This document shows positions 8,925 to 18,720 of a stretch of 55,949 nucleotides of DNA, one piece after another. The position numbers and the translations under genes are program-made. Within the stretch, counting starts at the first letter, position 1; every line of letters begins with the position of its first letter. The notes beneath the pieces are model-generated. The model saw only the letters and a list, made by a program, of their open reading frames with translations. It ran no database searches and had not been told where the DNA came from. The DNA comes from Alphaproteobacteria bacterium (GTDB lineage Bacteria > Pseudomonadota > Alphaproteobacteria > RF32 > CAG-239). Location: the NCBI GenBank assembly GCA_016288295.1, contig JAEEYV010000061.1:1-55949 (forward strand), written 5' to 3'.

Positions 8925-10235
8925 ATGGAAGAAACATTATTCTCTCATCAGGTAAAACGTCCTTTGGCTGACCGCCTTCGTCCTCAAACCTTGAGTGAAG
9001 TTGTCGGACAGGATCATATTGTCGGTGATGATGCTCCTCTCGGACGTATGGTAAAGTCGGGAAAGATAAGTTCTTTCATTCTTTGGGGACCTCCCGGCTG
9101 TGGCAAAACTACCATTGCCCGTCTGATTGCCGAGCACACCAATCTTTATTTTGAACAAATTTCCGCGGTTTTTTCCGGCGTTGCCGATTTAAAGCGTGTT
9201 TTTCAATATGCTATTGATCGTCGCGCCAGCCAGGGAAAGGGAACATTGTTATTTGTCGATGAAATTCATCGTTTTAACAAATCGCAGCAAGACGGTTTTT
9301 TGCCTTATGTTGAAGACGGTACGATTATTTTGGTCGGTGCCACAACTGAAAACCCTTCATTTGAGCTTAATGCTGCGCTACTTTCACGTTGTCAGGTTTT
9401 TGTGCTTAATCGTTTGACCTCCGACGATTTTGAAGTTTTGCTCCAGCGCGCCGAAAAAGAAGTCGGACGCAAACTTCCGCTTGATGAAGAAGCTCGAGAG
9501 TTTATGAAAGCCACGGCTGACGGCGACGGGCGTTATATCTTGAATATGGCAGAAAGCGTATTTAATTATGCCAAAGAAGATGAAATTTTCAACAAAGACA
9601 ACGTAATCAACATTATTCGTTCTCGCGCACCGATTTATGACAAAGGTCGTGACGGACATTATAATTTAATATCTGCGGTTCACAAATCTCTGCGTGGTTC
9701 TGATGTCGATGCAGCACTTTATTGGGCTGCTCGTATGCTTCACTCCGGCGAAGATGCAAAATATTTGTTGCGTCGTCTCACCCGTTTTGCCATAGAAGAT
9801 GTCTCATTAGCTGACCCCAATGCTATTACGCAGGCAATATCTTGTTGGGAAACCTACGATCGCCTCGGTTCTCCTGAGGGAGATTTAGCAGTTATGCAAT
9901 TGGTTGCCTATTTAGCAACGGCACCAAAGTCAAATAGCGTTTATATGGCTATGCATAAAGCTATGGATACAGCCAAAAAGACCGGCTCTTTAATGCCGCC
10001 CAAAAACATTTTGAATGCTCCGACCAAACTGATGAAACAGCTGGGATATAGCGAAGGCTATGAGTATGATCATGATTGCGAAGACGGTTTTTCAGGTGCC
10101 AACTATTTTCCGGAAGGTATGAAACGTGTCAAACTTTATAATCCGGTAGAACGCGGTTTTGAACGGGAAATCAAAAAGCGCATAGAATATTTTGATAAGC
10201 TGCGCTATGAAAAAAACAAAAATAAAGGAGAATAA
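8925..10235 (+). CDS. rarA: Replication-associated recombination protein A (RarA/MgsA AAA+ ATPase)
   Basis: LRPQTLSEVVGQDHI, Walker A GPPGCGKTTIA, Walker B LFVDEIHRFNKSQQD, and C-terminal YDKGRDGHYNLISAVHKSLRGSD. I chose the start at MEETLF to avoid overlap with the upstream gene. Confidence 0.9.
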   Translation: MEETLFSHQVKRPLADRLRPQTLSEVVGQDHIVGDDAPLGRMVKSGKISSFILWGPPGCGKTTIARLIAEHTNLYFEQISAVFSGVADLKRVFQYAIDRRASQGKGTLLFVDEIHRFNKSQQDGFLPYVEDGTIILVGATTENPSFELNAALLSRCQVFVLNRLTSDDFEVLLQRAEKEVGRKLPLDEEAREFMKATADGDGRYILNMAESVFNYAKEDEIFNKDNVINIIRSRAPIYDKGRDGHYNLISAVHKSLRGSDVDAALYWAARMLHSGEDAKYLLRRLTRFAIEDVSLADPNAITQAISCWETYDRLGSPEGDLAVMQLVAYLATAPKSNSVYMAMHKAMDTAKKTGSLMPPKNILNAPTKLMKQLGYSEGYEYDHDCEDGFSGANYFPEGMKRVKLYNPVERGFEREIKKRIEYFDKLRYEKNKNKGE

Positions 10236-10238
10236 AAA

Positions 10239-11054
10239 TTGTTGGAATTAACAGAAGATGAACAACAGATTTTTATTGAAAAAATTAAGCAAAAGGTCCT
10301 CGCGGGAAAAACTCCAGCCAAAGGACAGCCTACACTTACGATTATTATAGGTACTCCAGGTAGTGGAAAATCCTACCTTGCCCAGACAATAGAAAACAGT
10401 GTCTATTGTTCTCCGGATGACATTATTGCGGAATATATTAAAACAACAGGTACCGATCCTCGAGGTGATTTTTTAAATGATGATATCGAAAAATTTACGG
10501 CCAGAGTGTATGATGAAGTTGTTCAAGCCATTATTGATGGAAAGTATAATTTTACCTGTGATTCATTCAAGGATGTTGATGGTCAAAAAGTGGTAAATTT
10601 TATGGCACAATATGGTTATAAAAAGGATATAAAAGTCATTCTTGCGGATGAATATCAGGCAGCACTTAATGCAGTTGAGCGTAAACTTGATTATGATGAT
10701 AAGTATACAGAATATTGCAAAAACAAACAATCAGGAACGCAATATCCTCGAGGCAATCCTCTTGAAGTTGCCCCCGATGTTTCAACAAAAACATCTGATC
10801 ATATAGCAAAGTTTATTTGCAAAGCGGTTGAAGAGGGAAAACAAATTGAAATTTACGAATTTGGCAAAATCAAACCGTCATTTAGAACCGGTGATGATTT
10901 TGATAAATTTCTTGAAAATCTTCCACTTACTCCAATTACGAAGCACATTAAACGTTGCCAACAACTTTATAATCGCGCTCATCAATCAGGCAATAAAAAA
11001 TGCGCTGCACAGTTAAATTGGCTCATGCAGAAGATGAAAAAGGATACAAGATGA
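10239..11054 (+). CDS. P-loop kinase of the zeta-toxin / AAA_33-like family
   Basis: TTG start 4 nt after the rarA stop. Walker A IIIGTPGSGKSYLA. The later GYKKDIKVILADEYQAALNAVERK resembles the zeta-toxin domain layout. The stop overlaps the rluC start (ATGA). Confidence 0.5.
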   Translation: MLELTEDEQQIFIEKIKQKVLAGKTPAKGQPTLTIIIGTPGSGKSYLAQTIENSVYCSPDDIIAEYIKTTGTDPRGDFLNDDIEKFTARVYDEVVQAIIDGKYNFTCDSFKDVDGQKVVNFMAQYGYKKDIKVILADEYQAALNAVERKLDYDDKYTEYCKNKQSGTQYPRGNPLEVAPDVSTKTSDHIAKFICKAVEEGKQIEIYEFGKIKPSFRTGDDFDKFLENLPLTPITKHIKRCQQLYNRAHQSGNKKCAAQLNWLMQKMKKDTR

Positions 11055-11983
11055 GCGTAGAAATCGTAAAAGTAAAAGACATTGATGATGGAATGCGGCT
11101 TAACCGCTGGTTTTTGAAATATTATCCTAATATTACTATGGGACGGCTTCAAAAACTTCTACGCACCAAACAAATCAAAGTTGACGGCGCACGAGCCGAA
11201 ACGTCACTTAAACTAACAGCCGGTCAATCAATAAGAATTCCACCGTTAAAAAACGACGAGGCTTTGCCTGAAAAAAGCAAAACTTTAGCCCCTAAAGAGG
11301 TTGATTTTATGCGCTCGCTGGTCATTTTTAAAAATGATGACATTATAGCAATTAACAAACCGTCAGGACTGGCGGTGCAGGGCGGTACCAACACTCATCA
11401 CCATGTTGATGGTTTGCTTGATGCTCTGATTTTTGAAAAAGAAGAACGCCCAAAATTAGTTCATCGCATAGATAAGGATACTAGCGGAGTTTTGCTTTTG
11501 GCGCGTAATCGTAAAACGGCGGAACTTTTGACTAAAGCTTTTCGCGAGCATAAATTGCAAAAAACTTATTTGGCTTTGGTAAACGGTTGTCCGCAACAAC
11601 TGTCCGGAGAAATATGTAACTCTGTTACCAAAATCGGTGAAAAAATGCAAATCAGTCCTGAAGGTCAAACCGCTCGCACTCTTTATAAAGTGCTTGATAA
11701 CGTTGGAACAAAATTTGCCCTTGTTGAAGCCAGTCCGCTTTCCGGTCGCACTCACCAAATCCGTGTTCATCTAGAATCAATCGGCTGCCCAATTGTCGGT
11801 GACGATAAATATTTCGGCGGTACCAAAAGAGTCAAAAACAACCTTTTTGCCGATAAATTACATCTTCATGCCTACAAAATAGACTTGTCATTCATATATA
11901 ATAAAAGAGTTATTATTACCGCTCCGATACCGGAATACTTTAAGGATAGCCTCAATGCTGCAGGATTAAATTTTAAGGAGTAA
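11051..11983 (+). CDS. rluC: RluA-family 23S rRNA pseudouridine synthase (RluC/RluD type, with S4 domain)
   Basis: S4-like N-terminus (RLNRWFLKYYPNITMGRLQKLLRTKQIKVDG). Catalytic motif HRIDKDTSGVLLLAR, then GRTHQIRVHL. Start at MSVEIVKV (ATG 11051). Confidence 0.85.
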   Translation: MSVEIVKVKDIDDGMRLNRWFLKYYPNITMGRLQKLLRTKQIKVDGARAETSLKLTAGQSIRIPPLKNDEALPEKSKTLAPKEVDFMRSLVIFKNDDIIAINKPSGLAVQGGTNTHHHVDGLLDALIFEKEERPKLVHRIDKDTSGVLLLARNRKTAELLTKAFREHKLQKTYLALVNGCPQQLSGEICNSVTKIGEKMQISPEGQTARTLYKVLDNVGTKFALVEASPLSGRTHQIRVHLESIGCPIVGDDKYFGGTKRVKNNLFADKLHLHAYKIDLSFIYNKRVIITAPIPEYFKDSLNAAGLNFKE

Positions 11984-11987
11984 CAAA

Positions 11988-14114
11988 ATGAAATTTTTAA
12001 AATGGTTATTGCTCACAATATTGTTTACTATTATTGCTGTTGTCGTTGCCGCATATATATTTTTGAAAAATTTTGACCTTAATAAATATAAAAGCACAGC
12101 AGAAAAAATCGTTTATGAACAAACAGGGCGCAGACTTACCATTGCCGGCAATGCCAGTTTAGGAATTTCACTTATTCCGACCATTGTTATCAATGATGTA
12201 AGCTTTGCCAATCCCGAATGGGCAAAAAATCCGCAAATGATTAAAGTGTCAGAGTTGGAGCTTCGCTTTTCAATTATTCCGCTACTGTCAAAGCAAATTG
12301 TTATTGACAAAGCTGTATTGAAGCAACCTCAAATTTATCTTGAAACTGCAAAAGACGGTCAGAACAGTTGGGATATAAAATTTGCCCCAGCTGAAAAAAA
12401 GGCATCGTCTTCCGTTTGGCTTATAAAAAATGCTAATGCTACTGAAACCGCTTCTCCTTTGGGACAGCTTAAGGATTTTGTTGCTCAAGAAGTTTTGATT
12501 GAAAACGGTGTTATTAATTATCTGAAACATCAAAACAATTCACTAACCAAACTCAACATCAATCATATAACTTTTAATACCGACGGTATCACCAGCCCGA
12601 TGAATGCGGATTGGGATGTTGAGTTTAACGATACGAAATTGAGTGGACAGGGTGTTTTCGGCTCTCTTGCTTCCCTTACATCTGGTACAGAAGAATACCC
12701 GGCCAATGTTGATATGAAAGTTTTAGGTATTAGTGCTGTAATTAATGCCAAAATCAAAAATTTGATGAACGACAAGCTTTCGGCGGTTTTTGACTATAAT
12801 ATTTATAATCCTGCCGGCAATATGAATGCTCCCGAAACCACCATTATCGGTAAAGGAAACTCCACTCTGACTAAAATAAATCTTGATATCAGCCAATTAA
12901 ACATTATCAATAATGTTTTGAAAGGTAAGGCCAGCGTTGATATTTCCGGGGCAAAACCGTATATAAGTGCGGATTTAAGTGGCACGACCTTTAATCTCGG
13001 TGATTTTAATACTAATAAGCCGACAGCGTATAATTTTGAGCTTATAAACAGTGCTAATGCAACAGCCTATGTACCTAATGATAAAATTCCGTTTGAATTG
13101 CTCAAAACAGCAAATGCCAAAGCCTCTTTGAGCTTGAAAAAATTAATCGTTGATAACAACATCAGCTTAAGCGACGTCGCGCTGCGAATTGCGCTCGTAA
13201 ACGGTACAATGACCATCAAACCGCTTGATTTCAAAATCGGTAAAGGCTCAGTCAATCTGACTTCAATCATTAACGCCAACAATCAGAGCATCAGCCTTCA
13301 AGGCACATCTAAAGATGTTTTGATTACTGATATAGCGAAACAACTTCGGGTAACGGATCAAAAAAATTTTGGTTTTATCTCCGGCGGCAATACTCAGACA
13401 TATTTCAATGTCAGCGGCAACGGTGCAACTTATCGTACATTAGTCGACAACTTGAATGGACAGGTTATTGCCGTTATTGAGCCGTCAAAAGTTCAAAGCG
13501 GTAAACTCAAATTTTTAACTAACAGCTTTATTAATCAGCTATTGCAGGTTTTAAGCATTGATACTTCAAAATCTGAAAATATTGATCTTAAATGTGCGGT
13601 TGTCCGTGCCGATATCAAAGACGGCATTGCAACTTTTCCAAAGGGCATAGCCATAAATTCCGACAAACTTGATTTGGTTAGCAACGGTACGGTCAATTTA
13701 CGCAAAGACAAACTCAATTTGAGCGTTAATGCTTATCGCAGCGGCGTTGCCAAGGTAAGTCTGGTCCAGACAATGACCAATCTGTTCAAAATCAGTGGCA
13801 CCATCCAATCTCCTTCTATTGCCATCGACCAAAATGGAGCCATCAAAACCATTGCCGGCGCTGCATTGAGCGGCGGTACCCTGACCGGTGCACAAATGTT
13901 GCTCGATAAAGATACAGCTCCTTGCTACACCGCATTGCAAAATACAATCTATAAGGACAAGTTTGAAAAGCCGACCGGTGTAACTAACGCCGCACAAAAG
14001 ACTTATCAAGGCGCTTCAACCACAGTTGATGACGGACTTAATATGGTAAAAGACAGCGCAAAAGAAATAAAAGACATTGGCAAAAATCTTATTAATAACA
14101 TTTTAAAACAATAG
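11988..14114 (+). CDS. AsmA-family outer-membrane biogenesis protein
   Basis: N-terminal transmembrane anchor followed by DLNKYKSTAEKIVYEQTGRRLTIAGNASLGISLIPTIVINDVSFANPEW, typical of the AsmA N-domain. Long beta-rich body. Confidence 0.7.
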   Translation: MKFLKWLLLTILFTIIAVVVAAYIFLKNFDLNKYKSTAEKIVYEQTGRRLTIAGNASLGISLIPTIVINDVSFANPEWAKNPQMIKVSELELRFSIIPLLSKQIVIDKAVLKQPQIYLETAKDGQNSWDIKFAPAEKKASSSVWLIKNANATETASPLGQLKDFVAQEVLIENGVINYLKHQNNSLTKLNINHITFNTDGITSPMNADWDVEFNDTKLSGQGVFGSLASLTSGTEEYPANVDMKVLGISAVINAKIKNLMNDKLSAVFDYNIYNPAGNMNAPETTIIGKGNSTLTKINLDISQLNIINNVLKGKASVDISGAKPYISADLSGTTFNLGDFNTNKPTAYNFELINSANATAYVPNDKIPFELLKTANAKASLSLKKLIVDNNISLSDVALRIALVNGTMTIKPLDFKIGKGSVNLTSIINANNQSISLQGTSKDVLITDIAKQLRVTDQKNFGFISGGNTQTYFNVSGNGATYRTLVDNLNGQVIAVIEPSKVQSGKLKFLTNSFINQLLQVLSIDTSKSENIDLKCAVVRADIKDGIATFPKGIAINSDKLDLVSNGTVNLRKDKLNLSVNAYRSGVAKVSLVQTMTNLFKISGTIQSPSIAIDQNGAIKTIAGAALSGGTLTGAQMLLDKDTAPCYTALQNTIYKDKFEKPTGVTNAAQKTYQGASTTVDDGLNMVKDSAKEIKDIGKNLINNILKQ

Positions 14115-14147
14115 AGATAGAATACTGTCGTTTTAAAAGAGGATCAA

Positions 14148-14648
14148 ATGACTAAAGATAAGCTAAAGCAAGCTGTTTGCGATATAAAACAGCATCGGGA
14201 TGATATTATCAGCAAGCTAGTGCAATTTTCCAAAACTGATTCGCTTTTGTTTTGGGATAAAGATACTGCCGTTGCCAAAAAGCAAGAAAAGCTATGGGCA
14301 CCGGTTTTAAAATGGGCCGGAGAATATATTCAGGCTAAATATATTCCGACTGACGACTTGCAGGTAAATGAGCAGGATGCCACTTCAATGTATGCCATGC
14401 GTAAATTTATGGAAAACATGAGTGATGAAGAATTGGCTGCTTTTTATCTGGCCTCAATGAATATGCAATCAGAACTGTTGGCTGCGGCTTTGGTAAAAGG
14501 GCGTATTAATGCGGACCAGGCCTACAATGCAGCTTATTTAGAGGAGCTTCATCAAGCTGAACTCTGGGGACACGACAAGCAGGCCGAAAAACGCCGTCAA
14601 ATTTTAAAAGATGAATTGGTTGACATTGAAAATTTCTTAAAAAAATGA
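14148..14648 (+). CDS. ATP12-family F1-ATPase assembly chaperone-like protein
   Basis: LWAPVLKWAGEY..., SELLAAALVKGRI..., YLEELHQAELWGHDKQAEKRR match the conserved C-terminal ATP12 pattern. It is shorter than typical members. Confidence 0.55.
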   Translation: MTKDKLKQAVCDIKQHRDDIISKLVQFSKTDSLLFWDKDTAVAKKQEKLWAPVLKWAGEYIQAKYIPTDDLQVNEQDATSMYAMRKFMENMSDEELAAFYLASMNMQSELLAAALVKGRINADQAYNAAYLEELHQAELWGHDKQAEKRRQILKDELVDIENFLKK

Positions 14649-14932
14649 AAGAAGTTTACATCAAAATCAGAGGTAGAGTGCAGGGCATAGGTTTTCGCTG
14701 GTTTGCCGTACACGAAGCCAAACGCATTGGAGGCATTTCCGGTTGGGTTCGCAATGAGGTCGACGGTAGTGTTGAGATTTTGATGAGCGGTGAAGATGAT
14801 AAAATTGATGAAATGTTACTTTCCTGCCATAAAGGTCCGCCTTTGTCACGCGTTGATAGTGTAGAGTTTATTGTCGGTCGCCGTAGTGGTTTTCTCCCAC
14901 CGATAGAAGAAGGCACCTTCCACCGAGTGTAG
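14645..14932 (+). CDS. acyP: Acylphosphatase
   Basis: IRGRVQGIGFRWFAVHEAKRIGGISGWVRNEVDGSVEI is the acylphosphatase signature (V.G.VQGVGFR ... GWV.N..DG.V). Confidence 0.85.
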   Translation: MKEVYIKIRGRVQGIGFRWFAVHEAKRIGGISGWVRNEVDGSVEILMSGEDDKIDEMLLSCHKGPPLSRVDSVEFIVGRRSGFLPPIEEGTFHRV

Positions 14933-14997
14933 TTATTTAAATATTTTTTAATACACAGATTATATACTTCTTCTCAAATGCCTGAGAGAAACTAACA

Positions 14998-15540
14998 ATG
15001 AAGTTAATACAAACATTACAATCCGGACGTTCAATGGTTGAAATGCTTGGTGTTTTAGCTATCATCGGCGTTTTATCTGTTGCCGGTATTGCCGGTTATT
15101 CTAAAGCTATGGCCAAGTTTAAACAATCAAAACTGCTAGACCAAATATCTACACTTTCTACCAACATCAGGACAGCCTTTGCCAACCAAGCTGATTACAC
15201 CGGTTTGAGTAAAGAAGCCATAATTAACATGGGACTGATAGATGATACTATGAAAGTTCTTAATAATGATGGCACGGTTTCTCTTACTGAGATACGCAAT
15301 GTCTACGGAGGCAGTGTAGAGGTTGCTCTCATATCTGGACGGATGAGCTTTTTACTCAGGTTTACCGGAATTCCCAAAGATGCCTGCGTTATATTTGGCA
15401 CAACAGATTGGGGCTACAAAGATAACAATCGCAGAGTATCAATAAATGGTCAGATAAATGAGGGAGGAATAAGCATGGCAGAATTTGTAGCAGAACATTG
15501 CACACAGTCTTCCAACACAATCGGACTGACAGCGTCATAA
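14998..15540 (+). CDS. Type IV pilin / pseudopilin-like protein (prepilin-type N-terminal domain)
   Basis: Leader MKLIQTLQSG|RSMVEMLGVLAIIGVLSVAGIAGY. A Gly is followed by Glu at +5 and a hydrophobic helix, as in class III signal peptides. No pilus assembly genes are in the window. Confidence 0.6.
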   Translation: MKLIQTLQSGRSMVEMLGVLAIIGVLSVAGIAGYSKAMAKFKQSKLLDQISTLSTNIRTAFANQADYTGLSKEAIINMGLIDDTMKVLNNDGTVSLTEIRNVYGGSVEVALISGRMSFLLRFTGIPKDACVIFGTTDWGYKDNNRRVSINGQINEGGISMAEFVAEHCTQSSNTIGLTAS

Positions 15541-15564
15541 TTTTTGCTTACTCAAATGTCTCTT

Positions 15565-16959
15565 TCAAATCCCATTACAAATAATACCGAATTCTTCTTT
15601 TTTATGCTGTAACATTTCTCCGCTCTCACCATTCAACGGCATAAATTTCCGCGCTACTGTATATTGAGGAAGTTTTTTCTTAATTTCCTCAACAGGCATA
15701 TTCCACGCAGTTGGACGTATGCGGATTTTCTTTTCTTGTCCGGCTGAAACTCGTGGTGTAATTTCACCGCTCACGGCATCTTCAAATTCCGGCAGTTTAA
15801 GTTTTATTACTTCCAAACTGTCAGGTACTAAAAACTCAAATTCTTCATTGGCATTAATAAAATTGCGAATTTCAAAAATTGCATCATCACCATCCCACTC
15901 GACAATCGACCCTGCAAACAGCCAATCACCGAGGGTACGCGTATATTCATAATTTTGACTGATATTAGTCAAATGCCCGTCATAAAAACCAAGGCAATAT
16001 CCTCTATTTTGCAATGTATTCAGCTCATGCATATATTTTTCACTGTTCCATCCTTGCGGGGCGCGTACATAATCATCAATCGCCTGACGGTATGCTCTGG
16101 CCGTAATTGCCGCATAATATTCAGTCTTATTGCGTCCTTCTATCTTTAGAGAATGAAGTCCGAGTTCCAATATCTTATCAAGTCGCGGCATTAAACACAA
16201 ATCTTTTGAATTCATAATATAAGCACCATGCTCATCTTCCACGATTTCATACAACTCTTCCGGTCTAAATTCTTCCTTAACCAGATATTCAAACATATCT
16301 TTGTTATTTTCGTTTATTTCAATATCTTTGATTGTACCGTCTTTCAAGCGCAAGTGAAGTTTATAATGCCAACGGCAACAATGCGCACACTTTCCCTGAT
16401 TAGCACTTCTGTCAGCCAAAAAGTTAGAAATCAAGCATCTGCCGGAATATGACATACACATCGCTCCGTGAATAAATGTTTCTAGCTTAATATTCGGACA
16501 TTGCTTTCTGATTTCAGCCATTTCATCATAAGAAACTTCCCGTCCCAAAACGCACAAATCGGCTCCCAGATCTTGCCAGAATTTTACCGTTTGATAGGAG
16601 CAAATATTGGCTTGAGTAGAAACAAAACGTTTTAGTTCCGGTGCGTTCTCTTTCAAATACAAAAACACTCCCGGGTCGGCAATCAATACACCGTCGGGCT
16701 TAAGTTCACGCAGAGTGTCAACAAAATGAGGCAATTTAGCCACGTCTTTATTATGAGTATACAAGTTAAGCGTCAGATATATTTTTTTGCCGTGGGCATG
16801 CACAAATTCAATACCTTCTTTGATATCTTCCATTGAGAATTTTGATTGCGTACGCAAACTCATATCAGGAGTACCGGCATATACGGCATCAGCTCCGTAA
16901 AGGATTGCGGTTTTTAGCTTAACTAATGAGCCTGCCGGCAATAACAATTCTGATTTCAT
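15565..16959 (-). CDS. Peptidase U32 family protein
   Basis: Contains ETFIHGAMCMSYSGRCLIS, which fits the U32 signature E.F..G[SA][LIVM]C....G.C.[LIVM]S. Confidence 0.8.
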   Translation of the reverse strand: MKSELLLPAGSLVKLKTAILYGADAVYAGTPDMSLRTQSKFSMEDIKEGIEFVHAHGKKIYLTLNLYTHNKDVAKLPHFVDTLRELKPDGVLIADPGVFLYLKENAPELKRFVSTQANICSYQTVKFWQDLGADLCVLGREVSYDEMAEIRKQCPNIKLETFIHGAMCMSYSGRCLISNFLADRSANQGKCAHCCRWHYKLHLRLKDGTIKDIEINENNKDMFEYLVKEEFRPEELYEIVEDEHGAYIMNSKDLCLMPRLDKILELGLHSLKIEGRNKTEYYAAITARAYRQAIDDYVRAPQGWNSEKYMHELNTLQNRGYCLGFYDGHLTNISQNYEYTRTLGDWLFAGSIVEWDGDDAIFEIRNFINANEEFEFLVPDSLEVIKLKLPEFEDAVSGEITPRVSAGQEKKIRIRPTAWNMPVEEIKKKLPQYTVARKFMPLNGESGEMLQHKKEEFGIICNGI

Positions 16960-17759
16960 TCCTTTTTTACCTCAATTTTTGTTGTATAAACCGTCATTTC
17001 TCCCAATGGGGTATCTCCGACTTTAACCCTTGCAATAAAAGGTGCGGCGCTTTTGGAATCTTGCATAATCCAAAAATAAACCGGACGGTCTGCGGTCATT
17101 TTCCATAACATATCATCACCTTCTTCTTGCAAGCGATCAACTGACATTGAACATTTTTGAGCCTTTCCAGAATAAGGAGAGTATTCAACTTTTTCCAACC
17201 AATCCTGCCCCAAGTCATTAAATACCACATTATAACGACGTTTACCGTCAAAAACTTTTCTTAAACCTTTGCATTTTCCAACTTGCAAATATTGTCTTGC
17301 CATTACTGCCATAACTGATTGCAGGTCAGTAGTATTGTTTACATCGTCCTTAATTTTAATTTGTTTTTCTTTTTTCTTACCGTTTTTGGTGGATATTGAT
17401 TTTATCGGCAATCCATTATCATCATACAACATATTTTTTGTACGCTTATTAAATCGAGATTGCGATTCGTAGCTGTAATGTTCAGTTATCATCCTATCAT
17501 TTTCGATTCGCCCCAATGTAGCATATTTGGCCGCAAAAGGATATAAAGTGTCGAACACACCTTTAGTATAGATGTTTGAACGTACTGCATATTTTTCATT
17601 GCTGATATCATAAGTAAAATCAGCCTCACTGGCATTAAACATTCCTACAATTGCATCAAAATAATGCTTTACCGACAACGCCATGGCGTCATCGGCCCAA
17701 AATAGAGCAACTGTTAAAGCCAAAAAGGCTTTTTTTATCAAAATATCTTTCATTCTCAA
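16956..17759 (-). CDS. Secreted protein, DUF3108-like (tentative)
   Basis: Signal peptide ALTVALFWADDAMA. Beta-rich body that loosely resembles DUF3108. Its stop region overlaps the start of the U32 gene by 4 nt (operonic). Confidence 0.4.
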   Translation of the reverse strand: MRMKDILIKKAFLALTVALFWADDAMALSVKHYFDAIVGMFNASEADFTYDISNEKYAVRSNIYTKGVFDTLYPFAAKYATLGRIENDRMITEHYSYESQSRFNKRTKNMLYDDNGLPIKSISTKNGKKKEKQIKIKDDVNNTTDLQSVMAVMARQYLQVGKCKGLRKVFDGKRRYNVVFNDLGQDWLEKVEYSPYSGKAQKCSMSVDRLQEEGDDMLWKMTADRPVYFWIMQDSKSAAPFIARVKVGDTPLGEMTVYTTKIEVKKE

Positions 17760-17814
17760 AAAAAATCTGTTAACTTACATCCAAGTACATCTTATTTATA
17801 AGGAATTTACTAAA

Positions 17815-18720
17815 ATGTCAAAGAAAGTTTTGGTAGTAAAAGGCGGTTTTTCCGCCGAGCGTGAAGTCAGTCTTGTAAGCGGTCAGGGGATAGCTGCCGC
17901 TCTGACAGAAGAAGGTTATGAAACAAAAGAACATGATTTGCACGATGTGCGAGAGTTTTTGAATGTCTTAAACGAATTCAAACCTGATGTTGTGTTCAAT
18001 GCCTTGCATGGCAATTGGGGGGAAGACGGTGAAATTCAAGGCTTGCTTGATATGTTGCAAATTCCGTATACACACTCCGGTCTTAAAGCCTCGGCTGTCG
18101 GTATGGATAAACAAATAACCAAGTTGGTCTGCCAGTCGATAGGCATAAAAACCCCTCTTGGTGAAAAAACAACTTATCGCGAATTTGCAAAAACAGGCAC
18201 AGCAATTGCAATGCCGTATGTCATCAAACCGGTTTGTGACGGTTCCAGTGTTGGCGTTTACATAATTCGCTCTGCTGCAGACTTGAAACAGGTCGAATTT
18301 GCTGATGATGACGAAATTTTGATTGAAAAATATATTGACGGACAAGAGTTAACCGTTTCGGTATTGCAAGGTAAGGCCTTAACCGTTACCGAGATGCGCC
18401 CGCAAGAAGGTTTTTATGATTATCATGCAAAATATACTGATGGCGCAACGCTTCATATTATACCGGCCGAAATTCCCGAACCAATCTTTAATGAGGCCCT
18501 TCATAACGCTGAAAAACTTCATAAAGCTCTTGAGTGCAAAACTGTTTCACGTTGTGATTTTCGCTATAACAAACAAGACGGTTTGGTTTTGCTCGAAATA
18601 AATACAGCTCCCGGCATGACGCCGCTTTCATTGGTTCCCGAACAATACAAACATTGTGGCGGCACCTATTCAAAACTTTGCAAAATACTGGTTGAGGAGG
18701 CATCTTGCCGCAAAATATAA
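17815..18720 (+). CDS. ddl: D-alanine--D-alanine ligase
   Basis: MSKKVLVVKGGFSAEREVSLVSG..., HGNWGEDGEIQGLLDMLQIPYTHSG, GSSVGVYI, EINTAPGMTPLSL. Start at ATG 17815 with AAGGA upstream. The longer track ORF overlaps the divergent gene. Confidence 0.9.
   Translation: MSKKVLVVKGGFSAEREVSLVSGQGIAAALTEEGYETKEHDLHDVREFLNVLNEFKPDVVFNALHGNWGEDGEIQGLLDMLQIPYTHSGLKASAVGMDKQITKLVCQSIGIKTPLGEKTTYREFAKTGTAIAMPYVIKPVCDGSSVGVYIIRSAADLKQVEFADDDEILIEKYIDGQELTVSVLQGKALTVTEMRPQEGFYDYHAKYTDGATLHIIPAEIPEPIFNEALHNAEKLHKALECKTVSRCDFRYNKQDGLVLLEINTAPGMTPLSLVPEQYKHCGGTYSKLCKILVEEASCRKI

Noticed and set aside
17683-17814. N-terminal extensions in the ORF track for ddl (17683), lpxC (27945), rluC (11000), the HAD gene (53259), rarA (8898), the DUF4402 gene (4382) and ORF 36567-38948.
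   Set aside because: The extensions overlap neighbouring genes, rnpB or terminators, and lack ribosome-binding sites. Internal starts restore canonical N-termini and have Shine-Dalgarno sequences where the host uses them.
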